Assembly (NCBI GenBank): GCA_013426185.1
Contig: CP058602.1
Span: forward strand, 74,231-138,230
Source: Candidatus Woesebacteria bacterium
GTDB taxonomy: Bacteria; Patescibacteriota; Microgenomatia; UBA8517
Reading direction: 5' to 3'
Length of the DNA: 64,000 bases
Position 1 is the first letter of the stretch. The number at the start of each line of letters is the position of its first letter. A program made the position numbers and the translations under genes. Positions 51,091 to 61,419 of the stretch are shown one piece after another. The notes beneath the pieces are model-generated. The model had not been told where the DNA came from and searched no databases. It saw only the letters and a list, made by a program, of their open reading frames with translations.

Positions 51091-51432
51091 AAATTACAAA
51101 TTACAAATCACAAATTACAATATACAGATTCTAAATTCTAATATCTAAATTCTAAATCCTGAACCAGAATAAATTCGGTTCAGGGCAGGCAAATTACAAA
51201 TTACAAACAAAAAATTCCAACTTTTAACTTTTAACTTTGAACTTTTAACTATTTATTAATTTTGCTTTCTACTTACTACGTTCTACTTTCTACTTATATT
51301 TCCTGCATAATACATAATACAAGATACTAGATACAATCTTTCGGTCGGCTTCGACTGAATTCCGATAGCCGACAACTGAAGTCTCACAGCTGATAGCCGA
51401 TCTCCGATATCTGACATCCGATCTCCGAATTC
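51091..51432 (-). repeat. Heptamer mosaic block B13 (reverse)
   Basis: (TTACAAA)n, palindrome 51157-51185, (TTTTAAC)n,(TTCTACT)n,(CATAATA)n,(CCGATAG)n. Confidence 0.95.
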
Positions 51433-51435
51433 CTC

Positions 51436-51464
51436 TTGCCACTTTTGGAAAAATGGGTTAAATT
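51436..51464 (+). promoter_or_regulatory. Sigma70-type promoter of pilB
   Basis: TTGCCA-N17-TAAATT, 7 nt before ATG 51472; -35 at the B13 end motif. Confidence 0.6.
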
Positions 51465-51471
51465 ATTATTG

Positions 51472-53235
51472 ATGACAACTTCTGCTCAAATATCAACTAA
51501 AGCTAATCAGATTAATAATCAGGATGCTACTCTATCGCTTACTTTGGCTGATATCTTAGTGAAGCAAGGGTCAATAACCGAGGATAAAGCTAAGGAGATC
51601 AAGTTAGCTGAAATTCAGACTGGCAAAAACCAAGAGGCAATTGTTAAGTCTTTAGGAATAGTTTCGCCTGCAGATCTAGCTAAAGCGAAAGCTGCCTTGT
51701 TTAATATTCCTTTTATAGATTTGGCTAATGCTCCTGTTTCTCCTGAAGCTATGGCAATTTTGCCCAAGGAAATTGCTGAAAGATTTAAGGTCTTTCCTCT
51801 TTCTATTGATAAAGTCTCCAAGACATTGGATTTAGCGATGGCTGATCCTCTTGATCTTTTTGCTATTGAATTTGTTGAGCAGAAAACTAATCTTCGGGTT
51901 AGACTATATGCTTGTGATGAAGCTAAACTTGAGGAATTTATCACTGTTCGTTATGCCACTTCTCTTTCAAAAGAAGTAACGGAAGCTTTGAAAGATGTAG
52001 CTCCTGAAGTCAAGGAGGGTGCAAATGGAATAGCAGGAACTAAAGTCGGTTTTATTAAGGACGAAAAGATAGCAGAGATTGTGACCCAAATTCTTGATTT
52101 TGCTGTTCGAGCTAGAGCTTCTGATATTCATATAGAACCTCAAGAAAAATCAACTAGGGTTCGTTACAGAATTGATGGAATACTACAGGAGAAATTGACG
52201 ATACCTAAGGCTTTGCACAAAGCTCTTGTCTCAAGGATTAAGATCCTTTCTGGATTGAAGATAGACGAGAAAAGGGTGCCTCAGGATGGTAGGTTTAATT
52301 TTATGGGGGCTTCTGAAGATGTTGATTTGCGTATCTCTACTTTACCTACAGCTTGGGGAGAAAAGGTGGTTATGAGGCTTCTTAAAAAAACTGGTGGGGT
52401 ACCAGAACTACCAGAACTTGGTTTAAGGGGTCTTGCTCTTAAAAATTTGGAAACGGCAATACTTAGGCCTCATGGCATTATTATTATTTGTGGTCCTACT
52501 GGTTCTGGTAAAACTACCACTCTTTACTCTATTATTTCAAAAATTAATACCCCTAAAGTTAATATTGTTACTTTGGAGGACCCGATTGAGTATAAGATTC
52601 CTGGAGTTAATCAGGTGCAGGTTAATCCAGCTGCTGGTTTGACTTTTGCTTCTGGTTTGAGAGCTTTTTTGCGGCAAGACCCGAATATTATTCTAGTTGG
52701 TGAGATTCGTGACCGCGAGACTGCTGATTTGGCTATTCAAGCGTCTTTAACAGGTCATCTTGTCTTTTCTACCTTGCATACTAATGATGCGTCAGGAGCT
52801 TTTCCTCGTCTTTTGGATATGGGTGCTGAGCCTTATCTTTTGGCTTCTTCTATGACGGCTATTTTAGCCCAGAGGGTGGTCAGGAAAATTCACGAGGATT
52901 GTAAAGAAGAATATACCCCTGACCCAAAGGTGATTGAGGATATGAAAAATGTTTTAGGCCCTCTTTGGAATAAAGGTGAAGGAGAAGTTAAACTTTATCA
53001 TGGTACTGGTGATCCTGAATGTGGAGGGTCAGGGTACTATGGTAGAATTGGTATTTTTGAGGTAATGCCTGTTTCTGAAAAAATCAGTCGACTTATTTTG
53101 GAGCATAAGTCTGCTAGCGATATTGAGAAGGTGGCGCGTGAAGAAGGGATGATAACCATGAAGCAGGATGGCTATCTGAAGGTTCTTGAGGGAATTACTA
53201 CCATAGAAGAAGTCTTAAGGGTAGCCCAAGACTAA
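51472..53235 (+). CDS. pilB: Type IV pilus assembly ATPase PilB/GspE
   Basis: ASDIHIEP, PQDGR, GPTGSGKTTTL, LEDPIEY, LRQDP, STLHTN. Confidence 0.95.
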   Translation: MTTSAQISTKANQINNQDATLSLTLADILVKQGSITEDKAKEIKLAEIQTGKNQEAIVKSLGIVSPADLAKAKAALFNIPFIDLANAPVSPEAMAILPKEIAERFKVFPLSIDKVSKTLDLAMADPLDLFAIEFVEQKTNLRVRLYACDEAKLEEFITVRYATSLSKEVTEALKDVAPEVKEGANGIAGTKVGFIKDEKIAEIVTQILDFAVRARASDIHIEPQEKSTRVRYRIDGILQEKLTIPKALHKALVSRIKILSGLKIDEKRVPQDGRFNFMGASEDVDLRISTLPTAWGEKVVMRLLKKTGGVPELPELGLRGLALKNLETAILRPHGIIIICGPTGSGKTTTLYSIISKINTPKVNIVTLEDPIEYKIPGVNQVQVNPAAGLTFASGLRAFLRQDPNIILVGEIRDRETADLAIQASLTGHLVFSTLHTNDASGAFPRLLDMGAEPYLLASSMTAILAQRVVRKIHEDCKEEYTPDPKVIEDMKNVLGPLWNKGEGEVKLYHGTGDPECGGSGYYGRIGIFEVMPVSEKISRLILEHKSASDIEKVAREEGMITMKQDGYLKVLEGITTIEEVLRVAQD

Positions 53236-53282
53236 TTGTTTTTTTCTTTTGTATGGTGTAATCTGAATTAAATTACTGCCCT

Positions 53283-54347
53283 ATGCTTGATGTAATACAA
53301 CTTTTAAATCTAGCGGTTGAGAAGAAAGCTTCTGATTTGCATCTGATTGTAGGTGTTCCTCCTTACTTGCGTATCGATGGCCAGCTTTTGCCTGTGAATG
53401 AAGAACCTGTTGTTACCAGTGAGTTTATTGAAAAAGTAGCTACTACCGTTTTGAAACCTGAGCAATATGAGCGCTTTAAAGTTAATCGTGATCTTGATTT
53501 CTCTTTTTTTCTTTCTGATGTCGCTCGTTTTAGGGTTAATGCCTATTTTCAAAAAGGCAATTATTCTTTTTCTTTTCATGTTATTCCTTCTCAGATTTTG
53601 ACAGTAGAAGAATTAGGATTGCCTGAAGTTCTTCATTCTTTCACTCATCTAAGACAAGGATTTGTTTTGATAACCGGCCCTACTGGCCATGGAAAGTCTA
53701 CAACTTTAGCATCAATGCTCAACGAGATTAATAAAAATAGGAGCGAGCATATAGTGACTATTGAAGATCCAATTGAGTTTGTTATTCCACCAGTCAAATC
53801 TATCATCTCCCAAAGAGAAGTTGGTTTTGATACTCATTCTTGGCAGATAGCTCTTCGCTCTGTTTTAAGGGAAGATCCCGATGTGGTGATGATTGGTGAG
53901 ATGCGCGACTTGGAAACCATTTCTGCTGCTTTGACTGTGGCAGAAACAGGACATTTAGTTTTTGCTACTCTTCATACCAATTCAGCTTCTCAAACTATTG
54001 ATAGAATAGTTGATGTCTTTCCTGAAAATCAGCAAGGGCAAGTTAGGCTTCAACTCTCAAATACTCTAGAAGGAGTTTTCTCCATGCGTTTGGTTCCTGC
54101 TATAGGAGGAGGAAGAGTTGTTGCCTATGAACTTATGCTTGGAACACCAGCGGTTAGATCTGTAGTCCGTGATGGTAAAACTCATCTTCTAGATAATATC
54201 ATCCAAACTTCGCAAGAATTTGGCATGTCAACTTTAGAGATGTCTTTAGCTGAATTGGTAAAAACAGGAAAGATTTCTTTTGAGGTAGCTCAATCTTATT
54301 CCCTTAGAGTTGAAGAATTATCTCGTCTTGTTAAAGGTGAAAGTTAA
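53283..54347 (+). CDS. pilT: Type IV pilus retraction ATPase PilT
   Basis: ASDLHL, GPTGHGKSTTL, LREDPD, AETGHLVFATLH, AVRSVVRD (AIRNLIRE-like). Confidence 0.95.
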   Translation: MLDVIQLLNLAVEKKASDLHLIVGVPPYLRIDGQLLPVNEEPVVTSEFIEKVATTVLKPEQYERFKVNRDLDFSFFLSDVARFRVNAYFQKGNYSFSFHVIPSQILTVEELGLPEVLHSFTHLRQGFVLITGPTGHGKSTTLASMLNEINKNRSEHIVTIEDPIEFVIPPVKSIISQREVGFDTHSWQIALRSVLREDPDVVMIGEMRDLETISAALTVAETGHLVFATLHTNSASQTIDRIVDVFPENQQGQVRLQLSNTLEGVFSMRLVPAIGGGRVVAYELMLGTPAVRSVVRDGKTHLLDNIIQTSQEFGMSTLEMSLAELVKTGKISFEVAQSYSLRVEELSRLVKGES

Positions 54348-54353
54348 AAAGCA

Positions 54354-55565
54354 ATGATGAGGTTTAACTTCAAAGCTAAGGATAAAAAAGGAAGATTAGT
54401 TGCAGGTTTGGTTGAAGCTAATGATGAAAAACATGCGGCATCTTTGGTTCGGGAAAAGGAATTGATTTTACTTTCTCTATCTCCTCAAAGGAAAGACAAC
54501 CTAAGTGTTATCATCAACAAATTTAAAAACAGGATTAAAGAGGATGATGTTTCTACTTTTACTCGTCAGCTAGCGACGATGGTCAACGCAGGATTGCCAA
54601 TTACTGAATTTTTGTTGATTTTGAAAAATCAGGCGCGAGGGGCAGCGCTTAAGGAGATGCTAAGCCAAATCTTGGCTGATGTCCAAGAGGGTCAATCGCT
54701 TTCTAGCGCAATAGGTAAGTATCCAAATGTCTTTTCCCCGACTTATATTGCCTTGTTGAAAGCGGGTGAAGCGGGAGGGGTTTTGGATAATGTTTTATCC
54801 CGTCTTTCTGATAATATGGAAAAGCAAGTTGAATTTAAAGGCAAGGTGAAAGGTGCGCTTATTTACCCTGTGATAGTTGTTATTGGAATGGTTTTGGTGG
54901 CAGCTATAATGATGATTTTTGTCATTCCCAAAATGCTAAGCCTTTATTCTGAGTTTGGAGCTGAGCTTCCGGGACCAACGAAAATTTTGATGTCTGTTTC
55001 CGGTTTTTTTGCTAAGTTTTGGTGGCTGATGTTAATCATAATTGCTTTTTTGATCAATTTCTTGATCACTTATCGCAAGACGAAAACCGGTAGAAGAAAA
55101 ATTGATGAGCTGATTTTGAAGATTCCGATCTTTGGCGACTTGCAGAGACAGGTGGCATTGACAGAATTAACAAGAACTTTGAGTCTCTTGGTTGGCGCTG
55201 GCGTTTCTATTCTTGAAGCTTTAGGAATTTTGTCGCAAATTTCAGGAAATGCTGTTATTGGTGATGCTCTTGAAGATAGTGCTAAACAGGTTGAAAAAGG
55301 TTTCCCTTTAGCCTACGCTTTTTCAAAACATCCCGAAGCTTTTCCTTATATTCTTTCTCAAATGGTGGCAGTGGGAGAAGAGACTGGGAAAATGAGCGAA
55401 GTTTTGGCTAAGGTTAGTCATGTCTTTGAGGTTGAATCGGATCAGAAAGTCAAGGCTTTGACTTCAGCTATCGAGCCGATTGTAATGGTGGTTTTGGGTG
55501 TTGGTGTTGGTTTCTTGGTCATCGCTGTTATTTTGCCGATTTATAATTTGACTAGCCAATTTTAG
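54354..55565 (+). CDS. pilC: Type IV pilus platform protein PilC/GspF
   Basis: FTRQLATM, GEAGG, ALIYP, GEETG, IEP. Confidence 0.95.
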   Translation: MMRFNFKAKDKKGRLVAGLVEANDEKHAASLVREKELILLSLSPQRKDNLSVIINKFKNRIKEDDVSTFTRQLATMVNAGLPITEFLLILKNQARGAALKEMLSQILADVQEGQSLSSAIGKYPNVFSPTYIALLKAGEAGGVLDNVLSRLSDNMEKQVEFKGKVKGALIYPVIVVIGMVLVAAIMMIFVIPKMLSLYSEFGAELPGPTKILMSVSGFFAKFWWLMLIIIAFLINFLITYRKTKTGRRKIDELILKIPIFGDLQRQVALTELTRTLSLLVGAGVSILEALGILSQISGNAVIGDALEDSAKQVEKGFPLAYAFSKHPEAFPYILSQMVAVGEETGKMSEVLAKVSHVFEVESDQKVKALTSAIEPIVMVVLGVGVGFLVIAVILPIYNLTSQF

Positions 55566-55617
55566 TTTAGAATTGGGTCTTGACAAAATTTTTCTAATTG
55601 TTTAAATTGAAACTAGT

Positions 55618-56178
55618 ATGAAATTATCTGCCAAAGGCTTCACCTTAATAGAGCTTCTCATAGTCATCGCGGTTTTGGGCATTCTGGCAGTTACTGTTCT
55701 TGCTGCTATTAATCCAATAGAACAGATTAATAGATTTCGTGATACTGGCTCTAGGTCCGATGCAGAGCAATTGATTGGAGCTATTGATAGGTTTTATGCC
55801 TCAAGAGGTTATTATCCGTGGCAGACGGTTGCTGGTACCGCTGGCGCTGCTGTTGCTTGGACGCAAGTCACTACAGCATGGTCGGGAGCTGCCACCACTT
55901 CCGTTTTGAGCCAATTATCTGCAGCAGGTACGAAGGAAATCAAGCAATCTTTTGTTAGTAGGATTACTGCACCTAACTATAATCCTTTATGGATCTATAA
56001 TAGAGGGCAGGCTGGTGACAGTTATTATATCTGTTTTTCACCTCAGTCTAGTTCCTTTAGAACAGAGGCTAACACAAGGTGTGCTAATACCTCTGGATCT
56101 GGTTTGCCAGTTGATTTGAGACCTATAGCAGGTACTGTATGCGGTAACACAATATCTCCATACTCTTGTCTTCCATAA
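55618..56178 (+). CDS. Type IV pilin (candidate major pilin)
   Basis: KG|FTLIELLIVIAVLGIL; own TTGACA promoter upstream; Ala/Thr/Ser-rich. Confidence 0.9.
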   Translation: MKLSAKGFTLIELLIVIAVLGILAVTVLAAINPIEQINRFRDTGSRSDAEQLIGAIDRFYASRGYYPWQTVAGTAGAAVAWTQVTTAWSGAATTSVLSQLSAAGTKEIKQSFVSRITAPNYNPLWIYNRGQAGDSYYICFSPQSSSFRTEANTRCANTSGSGLPVDLRPIAGTVCGNTISPYSCLP

Positions 56179-56191
56179 TCTGTTATTTTCT

Positions 56192-57871
56192 ATGAGCTTG
56201 CTCAAGCAAAAAGCAAGTTTTTTGGTTTCAAAGCTTGGTAGTAGTTTTTTTTTGCTTTCTCTGGTTTTGATCTTGTCCTTTGTTTTTTACAGAATCTCGA
56301 TTAGATTTGAATATGTAAATCTAGATGATACTCTTTTGGTAAAGTATCGCCTTCTTTATATATTTAACCCCGCTAATATAATTAATTCTTTTAAAAGTAA
56401 TGTTATGTATCTTTCTGACAGTACCGCTTTTTATTATCGTCCGGTTCTTACAATATCTTTTATTTTAGATGCTTTAATTTTTAAAGATAATTTTTGGGGT
56501 TACCATCTAACTAACATACTGCTTCATCTTGTCTCTGTTGTTTTGTTCTATAGACTTATGCTTCGTCTTCGATTAGAAAAATATGTTTGTTTTTTTCTCA
56601 CACTAGTTTTTGCTCTTCATCCTGTTTTAATGCAGACTATAGTTTGGGTTCCTGGGAGAAATGACAGTCTTCTTTTTATTTTTTTGATTTCGGCTCTCTT
56701 TTATTTTTTGAATTATCTTGAATCATCTAGTCTGAAGGATTTTATCTTTTTTGTCTTTTTTACCTTTCTTGCGGTCTTTGTGAAAGAAACGGCAATAATG
56801 TTTTTGCCTGTCTTATTTCTTTTTATTTTTTTGGTTAGAAGAGACAAAAAAGCTTTTAAGAGATCTTTACCTCTTTTGGGCGTGTTTTTTTTAATGTTTG
56901 CCTTGTGGTACCTAATGGCTACTTCTTTTAGTGATAAGCAAGGTAGTTACTGGAGTTATCTGACAAGTACTAACTGGTTTGATGCTATACCAAAAACTAT
57001 AATACCGGGTTATCTGATCTATTTAGGCAAGATCTTTTATCCTTTTGCTCTCTCCGTCTTTCCTGTAGTCGATCTTCGAGATGCTAATATCTTTCCTGGT
57101 ATTGTAGCTTTTATCCTTCTTGTTTTTTCATTTTTATTTTTTGTTAAAGAGGGTAGAAAAAAGGTTTTTATTTTTGGTTTATTATGGTTTTTTATACTCC
57201 TTTTTCCAACTTTTATCAATCTTATGCCTGGAGAGCCGAATATAATTTACGAGCACAGACTCTATTTGCCCATTGTGGGTCTTCTAATTTCTTTTTCCCA
57301 GATCGAGTTTGTTAAAAGATCTCTCTCTAATAGTAAGGTGGCGTTTTTTTTATCTTTGATTATTACCCTTGTTTTTTTCTATGGTAATAGAAGGCATATA
57401 TTTAATTTCAAAGATAGCCTTTCTTTTTGGGAAAGTGCTTATTCCACTTCTTCTAAGCATTTTGTAACGGAAGTGGGCCTTTCGGGTGTTTATCTGTCTC
57501 GAGGTGATCTTGATAAGGCAGAGCCGGTCTTTAAGAAATTAGATGAGATAAAGCCAAATACGATAATATCACATTTGGGTTATGCTTCTTTGTTTTATCA
57601 TAAAGGGGAATATGAGAAGTCTTTGCAAGAGTTAGATGAGGTTTTGAAGATTAATCCGAAATTACCAAGAGCAATGCAATATATAGCATCAATCAAAGAA
57701 CATCAGGGTAAATATGATGAGGCTGAGAAATATTATCTTGAGGCTGTTGAGATTGATGACAAAAATGTAGATCTTTTAATGTCTTTGGTTTCCTTTTATG
57801 TTAAAAGGGGTAAAATTGATAAAGCTAAAGAAGTGTATAAAAAAGTTCAGGATATGGGAATTTCCTTTTGA
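56192..57871 (+). CDS. TMTC-like GT-C glycosyltransferase with C-terminal TPRs
   Basis: NLDD loop, YYRP, YHLTNILLH, FALHP...W...GR, EHRLYLP, TPR repeats. Confidence 0.8.
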   Translation: MSLLKQKASFLVSKLGSSFFLLSLVLILSFVFYRISIRFEYVNLDDTLLVKYRLLYIFNPANIINSFKSNVMYLSDSTAFYYRPVLTISFILDALIFKDNFWGYHLTNILLHLVSVVLFYRLMLRLRLEKYVCFFLTLVFALHPVLMQTIVWVPGRNDSLLFIFLISALFYFLNYLESSSLKDFIFFVFFTFLAVFVKETAIMFLPVLFLFIFLVRRDKKAFKRSLPLLGVFFLMFALWYLMATSFSDKQGSYWSYLTSTNWFDAIPKTIIPGYLIYLGKIFYPFALSVFPVVDLRDANIFPGIVAFILLVFSFLFFVKEGRKKVFIFGLLWFFILLFPTFINLMPGEPNIIYEHRLYLPIVGLLISFSQIEFVKRSLSNSKVAFFLSLIITLVFFYGNRRHIFNFKDSLSFWESAYSTSSKHFVTEVGLSGVYLSRGDLDKAEPVFKKLDEIKPNTIISHLGYASLFYHKGEYEKSLQELDEVLKINPKLPRAMQYIASIKEHQGKYDEAEKYYLEAVEIDDKNVDLLMSLVSFYVKRGKIDKAKEVYKKVQDMGISF

Positions 57872-57876
57872 AAGAA

Positions 57877-58677
57877 ATGATTTTACTTATTATTTTTATT
57901 CTTGGTTTAATTTTTGGTTCTTTTGTTTCGGCTGTTACCTATCGCCTTCCAAAAGGAATTTCTTTTATTTCAGGTCGGTCTTTTTGTCCTAATTGTAAGC
58001 ACAATATTTCTTGGTACGACAATATTCCTCTTTTTTCTTTTTTGCTTCTTCGCGGCCGTTGCCGGTATTGTGGCAAAAAAATTTCTTGGCGCTATCCCCT
58101 ACTTGAGCTAATAACAGGATTGGGGTTTGTTTTGATTTATTTGTCTTATCTCTCCTGTCTTGGACAAGGTCCGACCCTGTCCAGTAATTTTTTTTGCAGT
58201 CAGGCTGGAAGAATGGGATTTTTTACCCTTCCCTATTGGTTCTTCACTTTTATCTTGCTTCTTGTTGTTTTTGTCATAGATTTTGAACATAAAGTTGTCT
58301 TTGACAGCTTGGTCTTTATTCTTTTTATTTTTTTTCTTGCCACTTCCCTTTTCTTTTCGGATAGCACTTTGTATCTCAACTTGTTGGTAGCTTTTTCTAT
58401 TTCATTATTTTTCTTATTTTTGCATCTTTTTACCTCTGGTCGGGGTATGGGGCTTGGGGATGTTAAATTAGCCTTGCCTCTTGGTTTTTATCTTGGATTT
58501 CCTCTTAGTTTGGTTTGGCTTTTTCTTTCTTTCTTGACTGGAGCAGCAGTTGGAATTATATTGATATTATTGGGCAGGGCTAAATTTGGAAAGCCGATTC
58601 CATTTGGTCCTTTTATGATCTTTTCTTTTTGGGTGGTGTTATTTTTAGGCGAAAGAATAATTTTTTTCTTAAGATGA
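57877..58677 (+). CDS. pilD: Prepilin peptidase
   Basis: GRSFCPNC, RGRCRYC, IDFEH, GMGLGDVKL, PFGPF. Confidence 0.95.
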   Translation: MILLIIFILGLIFGSFVSAVTYRLPKGISFISGRSFCPNCKHNISWYDNIPLFSFLLLRGRCRYCGKKISWRYPLLELITGLGFVLIYLSYLSCLGQGPTLSSNFFCSQAGRMGFFTLPYWFFTFILLLVVFVIDFEHKVVFDSLVFILFIFFLATSLFFSDSTLYLNLLVAFSISLFFLFLHLFTSGRGMGLGDVKLALPLGFYLGFPLSLVWLFLSFLTGAAVGIILILLGRAKFGKPIPFGPFMIFSFWVVLFLGERIIFFLR

Positions 58678-59324
58678 AAAGAAAAAGTGCTTTTACTTTA
58701 ATTGAGCTTTTGGTTGTGGTTGCTTTTTTGTCTTTGATGGTTTTGGTGGCTATTTTTGCTTTTAAAGGACCCTTGTTTAAGGGTTATGATGCGAGGAGAA
58801 AGTCAGATCTCAATAGGATTAAAATAGCTCTTGAAGAATATGAGAAAGATCATAATTGTTACCCTCCTTATTTGCCTTCTTGCAAGGGTTCAGATGCTGG
58901 TATTTTAAAATCATATATACCCATTATCCCTTATGATCCTCATACTAAAACTGATTATCTTTATTATCCTGATCCTACATCAACTTGTGCTAAATGGGCT
59001 TGGCTTTTTACCAATCTAGAATATACTGGTGATCCGAAAATTACAGAAATCGGTTGTCAAAACGGCTGTGGACCAAATCAAGCTTATGGTTTTAATTATT
59101 ATGTGACTACTCCTGGTGCTCCTGATCCTTTTAAGTCTGGTAGCGCCAATGTCCCCCCTGATGTCAGTGGTAATTATTATGGTTGTTTTTCTGGGGTTTG
59201 CCAACCAATAGGAGTTAACTCAGATACTCATCTACCAGTCTGTCAACCTAATTTTACTAGTTCTGATTGTCGTAACTTATGTCAAGACGAATCTGGTCCC
59301 ATAAACGAATGCAACTCTTACTAA
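58674..59324 (+). CDS. Pilin/pseudopilin (GspG-like), Cys-rich C-terminus
   Basis: SA|FTLIELL, DARRKSDL; ATGA overlap with pilD. Confidence 0.88.
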   Translation: MKRKSAFTLIELLVVVAFLSLMVLVAIFAFKGPLFKGYDARRKSDLNRIKIALEEYEKDHNCYPPYLPSCKGSDAGILKSYIPIIPYDPHTKTDYLYYPDPTSTCAKWAWLFTNLEYTGDPKITEIGCQNGCGPNQAYGFNYYVTTPGAPDPFKSGSANVPPDVSGNYYGCFSGVCQPIGVNSDTHLPVCQPNFTSSDCRNLCQDESGPINECNSY

Positions 59325-59881
59325 GCTTAAAAAAAGATTTTTGGAAATTGTTTTTTTTGTTTTTTTTGGTTTCTCTAGCTTCTGCTTTGGGTTTTAATGA
59401 ATCTGACAAAAGAGAAAGAGATGTCAGAAGGAATGAAGATATTAGTAATATTGCCAAGGCAATAGAAGCTTACAGGCAGGCTTTTGGCTATTATCCTGAA
59501 TCAAAAGATGGAAAAATAGTAGCTTGCGCGGGTAATGATACCAAAGTTTTAAGGGATAAAAATGTTCTTGGAATAAGAGAAAAAGGAGCTAGCCGAGATA
59601 AACTGGTTGGTCTTGCTCCTTGTGAGTGGGGTCAAGATCCTCTAAGAGATGTTTCAGATGGTAATTACCCTGCTTTTTTAGACAAACTTCCTCAAGATCC
59701 AGAGTCTAGTCGTGGTTTTAGCTACCGCTACGATTTTGAAAACGGTCGTTACTTTGTTTATGTAGCTTACGAGACAAAAAGAATGCCTGACTATAGCAAG
59801 AATGTATTAAACAAAAAAGTTGCTTGTGGATACAAATTTTGTAATGGAGCTCGTACAAATGGCATTGAAATAGTCAAATAA
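59309..59881 (+). CDS. Pilin-like protein lacking the prepilin cleavage motif
   Basis: RERDVRRNEDISNIAKAIEAY...YYP, LPQDP; hydrophobic N-terminus without G|FxxxE. Confidence 0.7.
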   Translation: MQLLLSLKKDFWKLFFLFFLVSLASALGFNESDKRERDVRRNEDISNIAKAIEAYRQAFGYYPESKDGKIVACAGNDTKVLRDKNVLGIREKGASRDKLVGLAPCEWGQDPLRDVSDGNYPAFLDKLPQDPESSRGFSYRYDFENGRYFVYVAYETKRMPDYSKNVLNKKVACGYKFCNGARTNGIEIVK

Positions 59882-59903
59882 TGATGTTAATATGAATTAG
59901 ATT

Positions 59904-60467
59904 ATGCATAGCCTGCCTTATCAAGAAAGAAAATCTCCAGCTTTTACTTTAATTGAGCTTCTGGTTTCAATAACTATTTTAGGGATATTAGCCGTTGTTG
60001 TTTTGGGTGGTTTTAGATCGTCACAGATGAGATCGCGTGATGCAAAAAGGAAATCTGATTTAAAGCAAATTGCCAATGCTTTGGAGATGTTTTATTCAGA
60101 TAAGGGGTTTTATCCGCCTTCAACAGCTGATGGCAGAATTAGAGCTTGCCCTTACTATGCACCTCCCGATACTCCAATAGTTTGTAATTGGGGATCCATT
60201 GATTACACTAGCGAGTTTAAAGATGCTAGTAGCGGAGTGATCTACTTCAAATCACTTCCCAAAGATCCTTCGGGATTTTCTTATTATTATCGTTTAACCA
60301 ACGATGGCAAGGGATTTCAACTTTATGCACACCTGGAAAATGATCAAGATCAGAATTGCATTGATTCAAATTGCTCTATGGTGTCTGGGCTTCCTAGCGG
60401 TGTTAGTTGTTCTGGGGTTTGCAATTTTGCTATTACCAGTGCAAATGTCACAGCAAAAACTAATTAG
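59904..60467 (+). CDS. Pilin/pseudopilin (GspG-like)
   Basis: PA|FTLIELL, RDAKRKSDL, LPKDP, AHLEN. Confidence 0.9.
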   Translation: MHSLPYQERKSPAFTLIELLVSITILGILAVVVLGGFRSSQMRSRDAKRKSDLKQIANALEMFYSDKGFYPPSTADGRIRACPYYAPPDTPIVCNWGSIDYTSEFKDASSGVIYFKSLPKDPSGFSYYYRLTNDGKGFQLYAHLENDQDQNCIDSNCSMVSGLPSGVSCSGVCNFAITSANVTAKTN

Positions 60468-60476
60468 TATAATAAT

Positions 60477-60965
60477 ATGAGAAAAAGAAGCGGTTTAGGT
60501 TTTACCCTGATCGAGCTTTTGGTAGTTATTTCTATTATTGGAATTTTGGCAACATTGCTTTTGGCAAATTACAGCGCGACTCGTGAGAGAGCAAGAGATG
60601 CGCAAAGAAAGTCTGACTTAAGAAACATCCAGACAGCTTTGAGAATGTTTTATAATGATTTTAATAGATATCCTAGTTCCAGCAGTGGGCAGATAGTTGG
60701 TTGCGGGACCAGTGGTAATACTGTCTGCGGTTGGGGTGGAACTTTTTCGGCAGGTTCAACCAATGTTGTCTATATGAATATTCTTCCTAAAGATCCGCAG
60801 AGTAATAGGAGCTACAATTATGTCGCTGCAGGTGGTGAGTATACTCTTTCTGCGTGTTTAGAAAACAAGGGTGATGATAAATGCAAAAAGGATGCTAGTG
60901 GTAATTTGGTTTCTTGCTCTTGGATGTCAGGGGTTGATGGTTGTGTTTATGAGGTCAAGCCGTGA
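60477..60965 (+). CDS. Pilin/pseudopilin (GspG-like)
   Basis: LG|FTLIELL, RDAQRKSDL, LPKDP, ACLEN. Confidence 0.9.
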   Translation: MRKRSGLGFTLIELLVVISIIGILATLLLANYSATRERARDAQRKSDLRNIQTALRMFYNDFNRYPSSSSGQIVGCGTSGNTVCGWGGTFSAGSTNVVYMNILPKDPQSNRSYNYVAAGGEYTLSACLENKGDDKCKKDASGNLVSCSWMSGVDGCVYEVKP

Positions 60966-60971
60966 TATGCT

Positions 60972-61345
60972 AGTATCAAGTATCACGAAGCAAGTGTCAG
61001 GAATAGGTAAAAGGCAAGAGGTAAAAGAATTCGGACATCAGACATCGGCCGTTGGCTGTCGGATGTTAGAACTTAGTCGAATCTAGCCGGAAGCTAGTAT
61101 TTAGTATTTGGTATTTTGTATTATGTATTATGGGGATAATGCATTTTCTTGCATAATACATAATTCATAATACTAAGTTCAGTGTTCCTAATCTGTTTGT
61201 AATTTGTTTATTGGTATTTGTATATTGTTTGTATATTGGAATTTGTGATTTGTAATTTTTGTTTAGGATTTAGATATTAGAAATTAGAATTTAGAATTTG
61301 TAGTTTGGTTTGCTGGTTCTTGAATGTAGTAAGTAGAAAAGTATT
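60972..61345 (+). repeat. Heptamer mosaic block B14 (forward), inside the pilin array
   Basis: (GTATCAA)n,(GGTAAAA)n,(CATCAGA)n, GTATTAT arms with inverted core 61133-61151,(TTTGTAA)n,(TTTAGAA)n. Confidence 0.93.
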
Positions 61346-61419
61346 GTGATTTTTAAAAGTTTTGGCTAGACTTATTTTAGTTGGTTGTTGAGGTTTGGAA
61401 GTTGCTAGTTGTGTTTACA

